Below are positions 39,700 to 49,850 of a stretch of DNA of 64,000 bases, piece by piece. The notes below the pieces were generated by a model, which was not told where the DNA came from, did not search any database, and worked only from the letters and a program-made list of their open reading frames with translations. Within the stretch, counting starts at the first letter, position 1. Every line of letters begins with the position of its first letter. Origin of the DNA: a virus (taxonomy: Duplodnaviria; Caudoviricetes); IMG/VR virus record IMGVR_UViG_3300023174_005626, positions 32,001 to 96,000 of that record; one strand, 5' to 3'. The translations under genes were made by a program, and so were the position numbers.

Positions 39700-41327
39700 T
39701 GTTAACAGTAGCATATTCAACAAGAGAACACAAACCAGAATTTATTGAATACCTGAAAAAAAGTTCAGGATTTAAAAAAATTGAAGTTATTGAAAAAGTT
39801 AATAATGGTGAAAAATCTTTATCTCAAGTATATAATGAAATTTTGTCTGAATCAAAAACTGACATAATTGTTTTTTGTCATGACGACATTTATTTTGATA
39901 CGACAGGTTGGTATCATAAATTAATGAAACATTTTGATAAATCAGATTATGGTATTATCGGAATGGCAGGTACAACTGATATGCCATCAAGTGGTAAATG
40001 GTGGGAAGATAGAAAAAAAATGATTGGAATTGTTAACCACGAAAATGGTGGAAAAAAATGGGAATCAAAATATTCCGAATCATTAAACAACAATATTGGT
40101 CAAACAATAATTGTTGATGGTTTATTTATTGCAATTGATAGAAGAAAAATTAAAAAAAGTTTTAACGAAGAATTTGAAGGGTTTCATTTTTATGACATCC
40201 CTTTTTGTTTTGAAAACCATTTAGAAGGTGTCAAAATTGGCGTAATAACAAATATTAGAATCACTCATAAATCTATTGGTCAAACCAACGAACAATGGGA
40301 AAAAAATAGACAGTTATTTGAAAAAAAATATAAGAACAACCTTCCATTAAAACTTCCTTTTGACCCAAAAAAAAGGCTTAAGGTTTTAATCTCTTGTTTA
40401 TTTTTTAGAACATTCACAGGCTCTGAATTATATGTTTATGAATTAGCCAAAGGTTTACAAAAAGAAAATTGTGATGTTACGGTTATGTCACAAATAGGTG
40501 GACCATTGACCGACATGGCAAAAAAAGCGGGTATTAAATGCATAACATTTGAACAAGCACCAGGTTTTAAACTTGGAGATGGTGTGTGGACTTTTGACGC
40601 TGGAAATGGTGTACAAACTTCAACACCAAATATGATGTATAGAATCTCGGATGTTAATTTTGATTTGATACATATGCAACACAAACCAGTTGCTGAAAGA
40701 ATGATTCAGTTTTATCCTGAAATTGACAAAATATATTCAATTCATTCTGAGGTTATAGAATTAGAAGACCCAATCACACATAAATCAATTAAAAAATATA
40801 TTGCAATTAGACCTGAGATTAAAAACTATATGATTAATAATTTTGAAATCCCTGAAAAAGATATTGAAGTTATTTATAATCCTGTAGACAACGAAAAATT
40901 CAAATCAAAACCTTCAAAAGTTCAAAACGCTGTTTTATTTGTTGGTACGATAGATTATCTGAGAAGAGAAACAATTATGGATTTAATTGAATATACAAAA
41001 GATAATGATAAAGAACTTTGGTTAATGGGAGAAGACAAACAAAATTATTTGTCAACAATTTTAACACAATCTCACGTCAAACATTTTAACCCAAATTGGA
41101 ATGTTGAAAAACTAATTAATGAGTGTGATGAAACAGCAGGAATACAATTAGGAAGAACTACAATTGAAAGTTGGTTATGTGGGAAACCAAGTTGGATTTA
41201 TAAAGTAAATTCATTTGGAAATATTGAGTCTAAAGAAAAATTTGACCCACCTACTGATTTAGAAAAATACCATGTAAATAATGTTGTTAAACAAATCAAA
41301 GAACAATATTTAAAGATTCTCTCATGA
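39699..41327 (+). CDS. Bifunctional GT2-like + GT4-like glycosyltransferase
   Basis: N-domain FCHDDI, DGLFIA, FHFYD; C-domain FTGSELYVYELAKGL, IYNPVD, GRTTIE. Confidence 0.8.
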   Translation: MLTVAYSTREHKPEFIEYLKKSSGFKKIEVIEKVNNGEKSLSQVYNEILSESKTDIIVFCHDDIYFDTTGWYHKLMKHFDKSDYGIIGMAGTTDMPSSGKWWEDRKKMIGIVNHENGGKKWESKYSESLNNNIGQTIIVDGLFIAIDRRKIKKSFNEEFEGFHFYDIPFCFENHLEGVKIGVITNIRITHKSIGQTNEQWEKNRQLFEKKYKNNLPLKLPFDPKKRLKVLISCLFFRTFTGSELYVYELAKGLQKENCDVTVMSQIGGPLTDMAKKAGIKCITFEQAPGFKLGDGVWTFDAGNGVQTSTPNMMYRISDVNFDLIHMQHKPVAERMIQFYPEIDKIYSIHSEVIELEDPITHKSIKKYIAIRPEIKNYMINNFEIPEKDIEVIYNPVDNEKFKSKPSKVQNAVLFVGTIDYLRRETIMDLIEYTKDNDKELWLMGEDKQNYLSTILTQSHVKHFNPNWNVEKLINECDETAGIQLGRTTIESWLCGKPSWIYKVNSFGNIESKEKFDPPTDLEKYHVNNVVKQIKEQYLKILS

Positions 41328-42034
41328 TTATTTTAACAACAACATATAATTGTGCTCCGTATGTTGAAAGGAGTCTACTGAGTATTATGTCTCAGAGATT
41401 TAAAGATTTCACTTGTTACATACTTGATGATGTGTCTACTGACAACACAATAGAAATTGTAAAAAAAACAATAGAAGGTGATTCAAGATTTATACTTGTT
41501 GAAAATCACACCAAGTTTTACCAACCAGGAAATTATAACCAAGTAATAAATTGGAGAGCGATACCTGGTGATGAAATTTGTGTTGAGGTTGATGGTGATG
41601 ATTGGTTACCAAACTCAAATGTTTTTGATTTAATTAATGAAACATACAAAGACCCTGAAGTTTGGATGACAAGTGGTTCATTTAAATATCACGATGGAAG
41701 ACCAGGGTTTGCGAATCCTCCTACTCACTTCACAAATGTTAGAAAACAAGCGTTTACCCTTTCTCATCTTAGAACTTGGAAATCTTGGTTATGGAAAAAA
41801 ATTAAAGAAGAGGATTTAAGAGATGAAAATGGTAATTATTGGAGCGTTGCTGGTGACTTATCATTTATGTTTCCAATGTTTGAAATGTCAGGTCAAGAAC
41901 ATTATAGATTTTTACCAAACATAAATTACATTTATAACGAATCTAACCCAATCAATGACCATAAAGTCAACATGTCTAATGTTACTCAAACGGTAAATAA
42001 AATAAGAAATAAAACACCATACACAAAATTATGA
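41324..42034 (+). CDS. Glycosyltransferase family 2
   Basis: TTYNC..SIMSQ, DDVSTD, VDGDDWL. Confidence 0.88.
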   Translation: MIILTTTYNCAPYVERSLLSIMSQRFKDFTCYILDDVSTDNTIEIVKKTIEGDSRFILVENHTKFYQPGNYNQVINWRAIPGDEICVEVDGDDWLPNSNVFDLINETYKDPEVWMTSGSFKYHDGRPGFANPPTHFTNVRKQAFTLSHLRTWKSWLWKKIKEEDLRDENGNYWSVAGDLSFMFPMFEMSGQEHYRFLPNINYIYNESNPINDHKVNMSNVTQTVNKIRNKTPYTKL

Positions 42035-42678
42035 GTTTTGACACAAGTATTGAGAACATTATTTTAGAACTCAATGAAACAAAAAAAATTGATAACATAC
42101 TTCATATTGGAGCGTGTTTAGGTGAAGAAATATCATTCTACCAAAGACTACAACCTAAAAACATTTATTGGTTTGAACCTAACCCAAAATTGGTTAAACA
42201 ACTTAACGAAAATGTTACTAAACAAGACTTTATAAGTATTGTATTTCCTTATGCCGTTAGTAGTAAAAAAGGTACCGCTGAATTTAACATTATTGAAAAT
42301 ACAACTAAAACAAATCCTGGATGCTCTTCATTACAGAATTTAAAAATTCATGCAGAATTATATACAGACATTACAAAAGTTGACACTTGCATTGTTGAGA
42401 CAATTAACATTGATGAATTTCTTCGTGAAAATAACTTAGAATCAAATTTTGATTTAGTTAGTTTAGATACACAAGGTCATGATTTTGAAATATTAAATTC
42501 AAGTGACATTATTTTTAACGCAAAAGTAATTGTAATTGAAACTGCAAAAGTAGAACTTTACGAAGGACAAAAAGTTGATACAGAAATTGACGCTCTTTTA
42601 GAATCTAAAGGATACTATAAAAACTACTATCATCAATTCCATAATGTTTGGGGTGATAGTTTATACTTAAAAAAATAA
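42031..42678 (+). CDS. FkbM-family methyltransferase
   Basis: LHIGACLGEE, FEPNP, LDTQGHDFEIL, ELYEGQ. Confidence 0.85.
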   Translation: MSFDTSIENIILELNETKKIDNILHIGACLGEEISFYQRLQPKNIYWFEPNPKLVKQLNENVTKQDFISIVFPYAVSSKKGTAEFNIIENTTKTNPGCSSLQNLKIHAELYTDITKVDTCIVETINIDEFLRENNLESNFDLVSLDTQGHDFEILNSSDIIFNAKVIVIETAKVELYEGQKVDTEIDALLESKGYYKNYYHQFHNVWGDSLYLKK

Positions 42679-42682
42679 AACT

Positions 42683-43297
42683 ATGTCAGTAAAAACTGAA
42701 GTTGATAAGTGGATTGCCGATAAATGTAATGAAAGGTTAATAGCTAATTACCCGTTAGACGAAAACTCTTGGGTAATTGATTTGGGTGGTTATTTTGGTG
42801 CGGCAACACAAAAAGTTGTTTCAAAATATAACTGTAATGTTTTAGTGATAGAACCCGTAGAAGATTTTTACAATATTATTATTGAAAAGTTCAAGGATAA
42901 TTCCAAAGTTATTGTTGAAAATAATGGAATTTCCACAGAAGAAAAAGAAGTTGTTTTGGATTACAACTACGATGGAACATCTTCATATACAAACACAAGT
43001 GAAATAAAAATAAATGTCAAATGTTATCCAATAGATTATTATCTGAAAAAATATAATATTGATAGAATTGATTTATTGATGGTCAACATTGAGGGTGAAG
43101 AATTTCCTCTTTTTGAAAAATGGATTAAAACTGATTTTTTGAATAAAGTTAATTATCTTGAAATACAATTTCATCCTTGGATTGATGATTCGGTTGAAAG
43201 AAAAAACAAAATTGAAAATGGTTTTGTAAATCTTGGATTTGAAAACCTATGGGATTATCAATTCGCATTTACATCTTGGAAAAATAAAAATTATTAA
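42683..43297 (+). CDS. FkbM-family methyltransferase
   Basis: VIDLGGY, IEPV, VNIEGEEF, IQFH. Confidence 0.8.
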   Translation: MSVKTEVDKWIADKCNERLIANYPLDENSWVIDLGGYFGAATQKVVSKYNCNVLVIEPVEDFYNIIIEKFKDNSKVIVENNGISTEEKEVVLDYNYDGTSSYTNTSEIKINVKCYPIDYYLKKYNIDRIDLLMVNIEGEEFPLFEKWIKTDFLNKVNYLEIQFHPWIDDSVERKNKIENGFVNLGFENLWDYQFAFTSWKNKNY

Positions 43298-43298
43298 T

Positions 43299-44126
43299 AT
43301 GGGAAATTTAATCACAGCCAACTTAATGGGTGGTTTAGGTAATCAATTATTTGAAGCCGCCCACGCACTATCACAAGGTTGGAAACACAATAGAGAAACA
43401 GTATTCCTTCCACATTCTTGGACACCTGGTCAAGGTAGAGGTGCCGAAAATTATATTAACAATGTATTCAGAAATTTAAAGTTTATTGAAAGAGTTGAAG
43501 ACACGACTACAGTAAACGAAGGACCTTTTGAATATTCAGAAGTTAATCCAGTAGAAGGAGATACCGCATTTCACGGATACTTTCAATCAACAAAAAATTG
43601 GTTTGGATTTGACGAAAAGATTAGAGAAATATTCCAACCACCTGTAGAACTTGTAGAAGAGTTCATGGGAAAATATCCCCAACTGTCTCAACCAAATACA
43701 TTATCACTTCACGTTAGAAGAAGTGAGTATCTTCAGTTCCCTGAAATACACCCAACAATTAGTATTGAATACATCCAAGAAGCTTTAAAAGTTATTGGTG
43801 AATATTCTACTGTGTTTGTATTCAGTGACGACCACGACTTTGTAAAAGAGAATTTAAATTTCCCTTCAGTTATTTTTGTTAACGAACCTGAAGATTATAG
43901 AGAATTATGGTTGATGGGATTATGTCAAAATCATATTATGTCAAACTCTACATTCTCATGGTGGGGAGCTTTCTTAAATAAAAAAATAAACAAAAAAATT
44001 GTTGCCCCATCTCGTTGGTTTGGTCCAAGAGGTCCTGAAGCAAAAGATATCTACGAACCATACTGGAATGTAATTCCTTGTGATTGGGTTGAGGGCGGTA
44101 AATTAATGCCGATTAAAAATGATTAA
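43299..44126 (+). CDS. GT11 alpha-1,2-fucosyltransferase-like
   Basis: GGLGNQLF, GYFQS, LHVRRSEY, FSDD, IMSNSTFSWWGA. Confidence 0.9.
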   Translation: MGNLITANLMGGLGNQLFEAAHALSQGWKHNRETVFLPHSWTPGQGRGAENYINNVFRNLKFIERVEDTTTVNEGPFEYSEVNPVEGDTAFHGYFQSTKNWFGFDEKIREIFQPPVELVEEFMGKYPQLSQPNTLSLHVRRSEYLQFPEIHPTISIEYIQEALKVIGEYSTVFVFSDDHDFVKENLNFPSVIFVNEPEDYRELWLMGLCQNHIMSNSTFSWWGAFLNKKINKKIVAPSRWFGPRGPEAKDIYEPYWNVIPCDWVEGGKLMPIKND

Positions 44127-44745
44127 TACAAATCCTAACAACAAAACATGTGAAATATCTCACATCCAATATACCGTAAAAACTAACAATTATAACTTGA
44201 TTGGTGACGTTATTGAATTTGGAACTTTTACGGGAGGGAGCACAAAAACCTTATCATCATTATTTCCTGATAAAACAATATTCACAATTGACCATTTTCA
44301 AGGGTTAGAACAAACCAACAAGAACGTACCAAGTGACAGTGATTGGATTGAAAGAGCATTCGCATTAGATAATCCATTATATGTTAATAACCATAATGTA
44401 CCTAAATCTATTGATGAAGTTAGAGAAAGATTTGTAGGATTTAATAATATCAAAATGATTATCTCTGATGTTCACGAATTAACAGAACCATCTGATTATG
44501 GTATTGGTAAAATTGCTATTTGTAATTTAGATGTTGATATCTACGAACCAGCAGTGTCAGCGTTAGAGTTCTTAACTAAATGTGAATGGTCAGAAGTATT
44601 CATCAGATTTGACGATTGGCACGGTGGTGAAAAAGAATATGACCAACATGAAAGATTGGCATTTACAGAATGGATTGAAAAATATAACTATAAATTTAAC
44701 ATCACTCATGGAGGATATATTGGTGGTGTATATGTAAAACGATAA
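44119..44745 (+). CDS. TylF/MycF-like O-methyltransferase (paralog 1)
   Basis: GDVIEFGT, DHFQGL, LDVDIYEP, FDDW. Confidence 0.8.
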   Translation: MINTNPNNKTCEISHIQYTVKTNNYNLIGDVIEFGTFTGGSTKTLSSLFPDKTIFTIDHFQGLEQTNKNVPSDSDWIERAFALDNPLYVNNHNVPKSIDEVRERFVGFNNIKMIISDVHELTEPSDYGIGKIAICNLDVDIYEPAVSALEFLTKCEWSEVFIRFDDWHGGEKEYDQHERLAFTEWIEKYNYKFNITHGGYIGGVYVKR

Positions 44746-45303
44746 AATGATTAACACAAATCCAAACATAGATTCTTGTACATTAGAAACTCTCTGTTCT
44801 GTTATCCAAAACTATAATTTAGTTGGGGATGTTTTAGAATTTGGAACATGTACTTGTCAAAGTGCAATTCAATTAGCAACCTCATTACCTGAAAAAACTA
44901 TTTTTACAATAGACCATTTTAAAGGGTTAGAAAAAACTAATAAACCTTTACCATTCACAAGTGACTGGAGTGAAGGGTCTTTCGCTTTAGGTGCTTGGAA
45001 TGCAATAGGAGAAGATTTTCCAAGAACAATAGAAGAAGCGAAACGTAAATTATCCACAAGACCAAACATTACACTTATCTTGTCTGACATTCATAAACTA
45101 ACCGAACCTGCAGATTATAATATTAAAAAGATTGCAATTTGTAATGTGGATGTGGATATCTATGAACCAACCGTATCATCATTAGAATTTTTAACTAAAT
45201 GTGAATGGTCAGAAGTATTTATCAGATTTGACGATTGGCACGGTGGTGAATCAGAATATGACCAACATGAAAGATTGGCATTCACAGAATGGATTGAAAA
45301 ATA
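44572..45303 (+). repeat. 113-bp near-identical direct repeat (44572-44684 and 45191-45303)
   Basis: TTAACTAAATGTGAATGGTCAGAAGT...GAAAAATA; 4 mismatches by manual alignment. Confidence 0.85.
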
Positions 45304-45364
45304 CAATTACCAATATGAAGTCGTATATGGCGGATTATATGGAGGAGCAATAATAAAACGATAA
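44747..45364 (+). CDS. TylF/MycF-like O-methyltransferase (paralog 2)
   Basis: GDVLEFGT, DHFKGL, VDVDIYEP, FDDW; tandem duplicate of paralog 1. Confidence 0.8.
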   Translation: MINTNPNIDSCTLETLCSVIQNYNLVGDVLEFGTCTCQSAIQLATSLPEKTIFTIDHFKGLEKTNKPLPFTSDWSEGSFALGAWNAIGEDFPRTIEEAKRKLSTRPNITLILSDIHKLTEPADYNIKKIAICNVDVDIYEPTVSSLEFLTKCEWSEVFIRFDDWHGGESEYDQHERLAFTEWIEKYNYQYEVVYGGLYGGAIIKR

Positions 45365-45366
45365 AA

Positions 45367-46200
45367 ATGGAAAAAAAATTAATTAGAAAAGTATCTGATT
45401 GGTGGGGTGAATATGATTGTTCATCAAACCGTAACATGCCAAAACACATTCAATGGCTATCAAGAGACACCGAAACACCACACGAAGTGAGTGTTTATGT
45501 TGATAACTACATCAAAGATTGGGGATTCAATGACCCAAAAAGAGATAAGATTGGGTGGTTATTAGAATCACCTCAAATGAATGAAGGTACCATCAAATAT
45601 CTCGTTGACAACATTGATATGACAAGAGAACATTTCAAATGGATTTTCACTTGTATGGATAGTCTTATTGAATTAGGAGCTCCATTTGTATATAACATTT
45701 CAAATGCAGTTCCTTGGATTTGGGAAAAAAACAGAGCAATTCATCCTAAAACTAAATTGGTATCAATGATTGCATCTAACAAAGGATGGTTACGTGGACA
45801 CCAAAATAGATTACAGTGGGTTGAAAGATTGAAAGATAAAGTTGACTTATTTGGTTCAGGAAGACCAAATCAATTAAACGATAAAGAAGATGGGTTAAGA
45901 GATTATATGTTTTCAGTAGCAATTGAAAATGATGACTCAGACACTTATTTCACAGAAAAATTAACTGACTGTTTTGCCATGGGTACTGTACCAGTATATT
46001 ATGGTTCAAGAAAAGTTGTTGAAAAATACTTTGACCCAACTGGTGTTATTTTCTTAGAAGATGATGCTGACTTGTCAACATTGACACCAGAAAAATATCA
46101 ATCATTAATGCCAGCAATTGAAAGAAATTTTGTTGCAGCAAATAATCTACCTGTATCTGAAGACTACATGTGGGAAAATTATCTAAAAAATTTATTTTAA
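45367..46200 (+). CDS. GT10 alpha-1,3/4-fucosyltransferase-like
   Basis: WLLESP, VSMIASNK, YMFSVAIEN..YFTEKLTDCFAMGTVPVYYG. Confidence 0.85.
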   Translation: MEKKLIRKVSDWWGEYDCSSNRNMPKHIQWLSRDTETPHEVSVYVDNYIKDWGFNDPKRDKIGWLLESPQMNEGTIKYLVDNIDMTREHFKWIFTCMDSLIELGAPFVYNISNAVPWIWEKNRAIHPKTKLVSMIASNKGWLRGHQNRLQWVERLKDKVDLFGSGRPNQLNDKEDGLRDYMFSVAIENDDSDTYFTEKLTDCFAMGTVPVYYGSRKVVEKYFDPTGVIFLEDDADLSTLTPEKYQSLMPAIERNFVAANNLPVSEDYMWENYLKNLF

Positions 46201-46201
46201 T

Positions 46202-47017
46202 ATGAAATATCTAGTACTTGGCTCATCAGGGCAAATTGGAGCAGAACTTTGTAAATTTTTAAAGAAAGAAGGTCACGAAGTTTTAACATTTGATATAGAA
46301 AACGATTCTATACAAGATTTAAGAATTAAAGGAATTGTTGATTCACACATTAACGAAGCAGATTTTGTGATGTTTTTAGCGTTTGATGTTGGTGGTTCAA
46401 GATATTTGAAAAAATATCAAAACACTTATGACTTTATTGATAATAATGCTAAACTTATGGTTCATACATTTAACTCGTTGAAATCATACAGAAAACCATT
46501 TATTTTTGCATCATCTCAGATGTCCAACATGTCATATTCCCCATACGGGATTGCAAAGGCTTTAGGTGAATCTTACACAAGAGCGTTAGGAGGTATCACA
46601 GTTAAGTTTTGGAATGTTTATGGTCCTGAACACAATTTAGAAAAATCTCACGTAATTACTGACTTTATCTTAAAGGCAAACAATTATGGACACATTACCA
46701 TGATGACCGATGGAACCGAACAAAGACAATTCTTACACGCTGAAGATTGTTCAAATGCATTGATGATTCTTTCTCAAAAATATAATGAAATAGATAGAGA
46801 CAAAGAATTACACATTACAAATTTTAAGTGGGAGTCTATTCTTGAAGTTGCATTAATTATTAGCGAAGAAATACCTTGTAGAATTACTCCAGGGAAAGAT
46901 ACTGATACAGTTCAACTCAATAAAAGAAATGAACCAGACCCTTATGTTTTGAATTTTTGGGAACCAAAGATTTCATTAAGAGAGGGTATAAAAAGAATAA
47001 TTAATGAAATGATATGA
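46202..47017 (+). CDS. NAD-dependent nucleotide-sugar epimerase/dehydratase
   Basis: VLGSSGQIG, ASS, YGIAK, NVYGP, GTEQRQFLH. Confidence 0.85.
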   Translation: MKYLVLGSSGQIGAELCKFLKKEGHEVLTFDIENDSIQDLRIKGIVDSHINEADFVMFLAFDVGGSRYLKKYQNTYDFIDNNAKLMVHTFNSLKSYRKPFIFASSQMSNMSYSPYGIAKALGESYTRALGGITVKFWNVYGPEHNLEKSHVITDFILKANNYGHITMMTDGTEQRQFLHAEDCSNALMILSQKYNEIDRDKELHITNFKWESILEVALIISEEIPCRITPGKDTDTVQLNKRNEPDPYVLNFWEPKISLREGIKRIINEMI

Positions 47018-48108
47018 AAAAAATAGTAGTATTAGGTGGAGGTGGATTCATCGGAGGACACCTTGCAAAAAGATTAAAAGAAGAAGGTAATCACGTTAGA
47101 ATCTGTGATATTAAAAAACACGAATACTTCTTTCAAGATGAAATATGTAACGAGTTTATTTTAGGGGATTTAACAGACCCTAAGGTCGTAGATTTAGTCA
47201 TTGAAGAGGGAGTTGATGAAGTATATCAATTAGCTGCTGACATGGGTGGAGCTCTTTATATCTTTACTGGTGAGAACGACGCAAATCTTATGCACAACTC
47301 AGCAACCATCAACCTAAACGTATCAAGAGAATGTGTTAAGAAAAAAGTTGGAAAAGTATTTTATTCTTCTTCGGCTTGTATGTATCCTGAACACAACCAA
47401 CTTGACCCATTAAATCCAAACTGTGAAGAAAGTTCCGCATATCCTGCGAACCCAGATTCAGAATACGGATGGGAAAAATTATTCTCTGAAAGAGTATTTT
47501 TGGCATACCATAGAAACTACGGATTAAATGTAAGAATTGCAAGATTCCATAACATATTTGGGCCGCAAGGTACTTGGAAAGGTGGTCGAGAAAAATCGCC
47601 AGCAGCAATGTGTAGAAAAGTCGCTGAAGCTAAAGACGGAGATATTATTGAAGTGTGGGGTAACGGTATGCAAACACGTTCATTCTTATATGTTGAGGAA
47701 TGTGTTGAGGCAGTTCTAAGATTAATGAACAGTGACTTCACTGGACCTGTTAATATTGGTAGTGAAGAAATGGTAACAATCAACCAACTTGCTGGAATGG
47801 CAATTGCAATTTCTGAAAAGAATTTAGAAATCAAAAACATTGATGGAGAAGAATTTGTTCAAAAATATGGATTCAAATGTCCATTAGGTGTTAAAGGTAG
47901 AAATTCAGATAATAAACTTTACCGAGAAAAAATTGGATGGGAAGTTAGTCAACCACTTTCAATTGGGCTAAAAAAGACTTATAATTGGATTAAGTCACAA
48001 GTTGACCATGTAGAACTTAACACTCCTTGGATTTATGAAAGTCCTGATGGTGGTAATTCAATCTACAGAAGAGAACCAGGTAGTTTAGAAAAACAAAAAA
48101 TTAAATAA
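47014..48108 (+). CDS. GDP-mannose 3,5-epimerase-like SDR
   Basis: GGGGFIG, LAADMGG, SSSACMYP, YGWEK, RFHNIFGP.GTWKGGREK.PAA.CRK, GVKGRNSDN. Confidence 0.88.
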   Translation: MKKIVVLGGGGFIGGHLAKRLKEEGNHVRICDIKKHEYFFQDEICNEFILGDLTDPKVVDLVIEEGVDEVYQLAADMGGALYIFTGENDANLMHNSATINLNVSRECVKKKVGKVFYSSSACMYPEHNQLDPLNPNCEESSAYPANPDSEYGWEKLFSERVFLAYHRNYGLNVRIARFHNIFGPQGTWKGGREKSPAAMCRKVAEAKDGDIIEVWGNGMQTRSFLYVEECVEAVLRLMNSDFTGPVNIGSEEMVTINQLAGMAIAISEKNLEIKNIDGEEFVQKYGFKCPLGVKGRNSDNKLYREKIGWEVSQPLSIGLKKTYNWIKSQVDHVELNTPWIYESPDGGNSIYRREPGSLEKQKIK

Positions 48109-48109
48109 A

Positions 48110-48490
48110 ATGGTAACAGTTCCTGTTAGTGTTGGAGAAATGATTGATAAGTTATCAATCCTCCAAGTAAAAAAGAATAATGTAAAAGATGAAAACAAAT
48201 TAGTCTTCATCAACAAAGAGTTTGAATTACTTTATAATTTTTCTTCAGAGTATCTTAGTAATTTAGAAACAGAATCAATTTATCACAGATTGGTTGAAGT
48301 CAATTCTAATCTTTGGGAGGTTGAAGACAAATTAAGAATCATGGAAAAAGAACAAAGATTTGATGATGAATTTATATCCTTAGCAAGGAAAGTATATTTT
48401 ACGAATGATGAAAGATTTACATTAAAAAATGAAATTAATCTAATAACGGATTCAGAAATCCGAGAGATTAAAGATTATGTAAAGTATTAA
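48110..48490 (+). CDS. Conserved hypothetical protein (DUF6165-like)
   Basis: VPVSVGEMIDKLSILQVK..LWEVED..LARKVYFTNDER..K.EIN; family assigned from memory. Confidence 0.7.
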   Translation: MVTVPVSVGEMIDKLSILQVKKNNVKDENKLVFINKEFELLYNFSSEYLSNLETESIYHRLVEVNSNLWEVEDKLRIMEKEQRFDDEFISLARKVYFTNDERFTLKNEINLITDSEIREIKDYVKY

Positions 48491-48507
48491 ATAATAAAAA
48501 AATATTA

Positions 48508-49242
48508 ATGGGTAAAACAACCAGAAGACAACCGACTCAAACTCCCACTCAAGAAGAGGGAATCGTCAAAACAAAAAAACAATTAATTTGTTCAATTGTA
48601 AAAAAGAAAACTAAACAAAAATTTTTATCTGAAAGTCAAAGAATTTATTACGAAACATTATTATCAAACCAAATAACAATTTGTTCAGGCCCAGCAGGTG
48701 TTGGTAAAAGTTATATTGCAATGAAATGTGCTGTAGACTTATTAGTTGACCCTGAAACACCATTTGAAAAAATTATTATTGTTAGACCAGCAGTTGAAGC
48801 AGAAGAAAAACTTGGAAGTTTGCCTGGCGGTGTTGAAGAAAAATTAGACCCTTATATATTCCCATCATATTATCTTTTAAATAAAATAATTGGTAAAGAA
48901 TCAAGAGAAAAATTGAAAGATATTGAAGCGATTGAGGTTTTTGCGTTAGCTTACATGAGAGGAATGAATATAGATAATTCAATTCTTATTTTTGAAGAGG
49001 CACAAAACTCAACTCCAAGTCAAATGAAACTCTTATTAACAAGGATTGGTTTCAATTCAAAATTTTTTATATCAGGTGATTTAGAACAATTTGATAGGCA
49101 CAAAGATAAAACACAAACAGGATTGTGGGACGCATTGAAAAAATTCCAAAACATGAACGATATTGGTGTTTTTGAATTTAGTCCTGAGGACATTGTTAGA
49201 AATCCGTTGATTTCAGACATATTAAAAAGATACGAAGAATGA
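48508..49242 (+). CDS. phoH: PhoH-family ATPase
   Basis: GPAGVGKS, RPAVEAEEKLGSLPG, YMRG, EEAQN, LTRIG, GDLEQ.D, DIVRNP. Confidence 0.93.
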   Translation: MGKTTRRQPTQTPTQEEGIVKTKKQLICSIVKKKTKQKFLSESQRIYYETLLSNQITICSGPAGVGKSYIAMKCAVDLLVDPETPFEKIIIVRPAVEAEEKLGSLPGGVEEKLDPYIFPSYYLLNKIIGKESREKLKDIEAIEVFALAYMRGMNIDNSILIFEEAQNSTPSQMKLLLTRIGFNSKFFISGDLEQFDRHKDKTQTGLWDALKKFQNMNDIGVFEFSPEDIVRNPLISDILKRYEE

Positions 49243-49850
49243 AAATAGGAATAGAAATTAATGGAGTACTAAGAGACACTCTGAAAAAAGTTCAACAAGA
49301 GTATGAAAAGTGGTACCTCAATGAAAATTTGAAGGAACTGAAACTAATTGAGGATGACCCGACCATTGAAAGAAAGATAATATCAGATGTTACTTCATTA
49401 GAATTAACCAAACATTTATCATTTAAAGATGAAAACGAAGTTTATAATTTTCTATACAAAGAACATACCATGGAAATTTTTGGTCATGCAGGTTCTGTTG
49501 AGTATAATGGGATGAGTGATTTAAATGATTTTTATTTTGATATGAGAGATTCTCACGAAATCATTATTGTTTCTGATGAAATTGGAAAATCAAAACCAGC
49601 ATCTCTATTCTTTTTAGCTAAGTTTGGTTGTTTAGTTGAAAACATTAAATTTTATAGTGAAATTACAATTAATTCATTATGGGATTCAATAGACATTTTA
49701 CTTACAGCAAATCCTAATCTATTATTAAATCACCCAACAAATAAACGAGTAATAAAATTTAATACTGATTACAACTCCAACATTAAAGTTGAGAATGAAA
49801 TATCAAGTATGAAAGAACTCAAAACAAAAATAGAACAAATATATGCTTAA
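49239..49850 (+). CDS. 5'(3')-deoxyribonucleotidase-like HAD protein, degenerate
   Basis: IGIEINGVLRD where DxDGV is expected; C-terminal FNTDYN. Confidence 0.55.
   Translation: MKIGIEINGVLRDTLKKVQQEYEKWYLNENLKELKLIEDDPTIERKIISDVTSLELTKHLSFKDENEVYNFLYKEHTMEIFGHAGSVEYNGMSDLNDFYFDMRDSHEIIIVSDEIGKSKPASLFFLAKFGCLVENIKFYSEITINSLWDSIDILLTANPNLLLNHPTNKRVIKFNTDYNSNIKVENEISSMKELKTKIEQIYA

Noticed and set aside
44572-45303. 113-bp repeat pair as a DGR template/variable repeat
   Set aside because: Two of the four mismatches are C/T, so they are not adenine-specific; both copies are coding paralogs and no reverse transcriptase is present.
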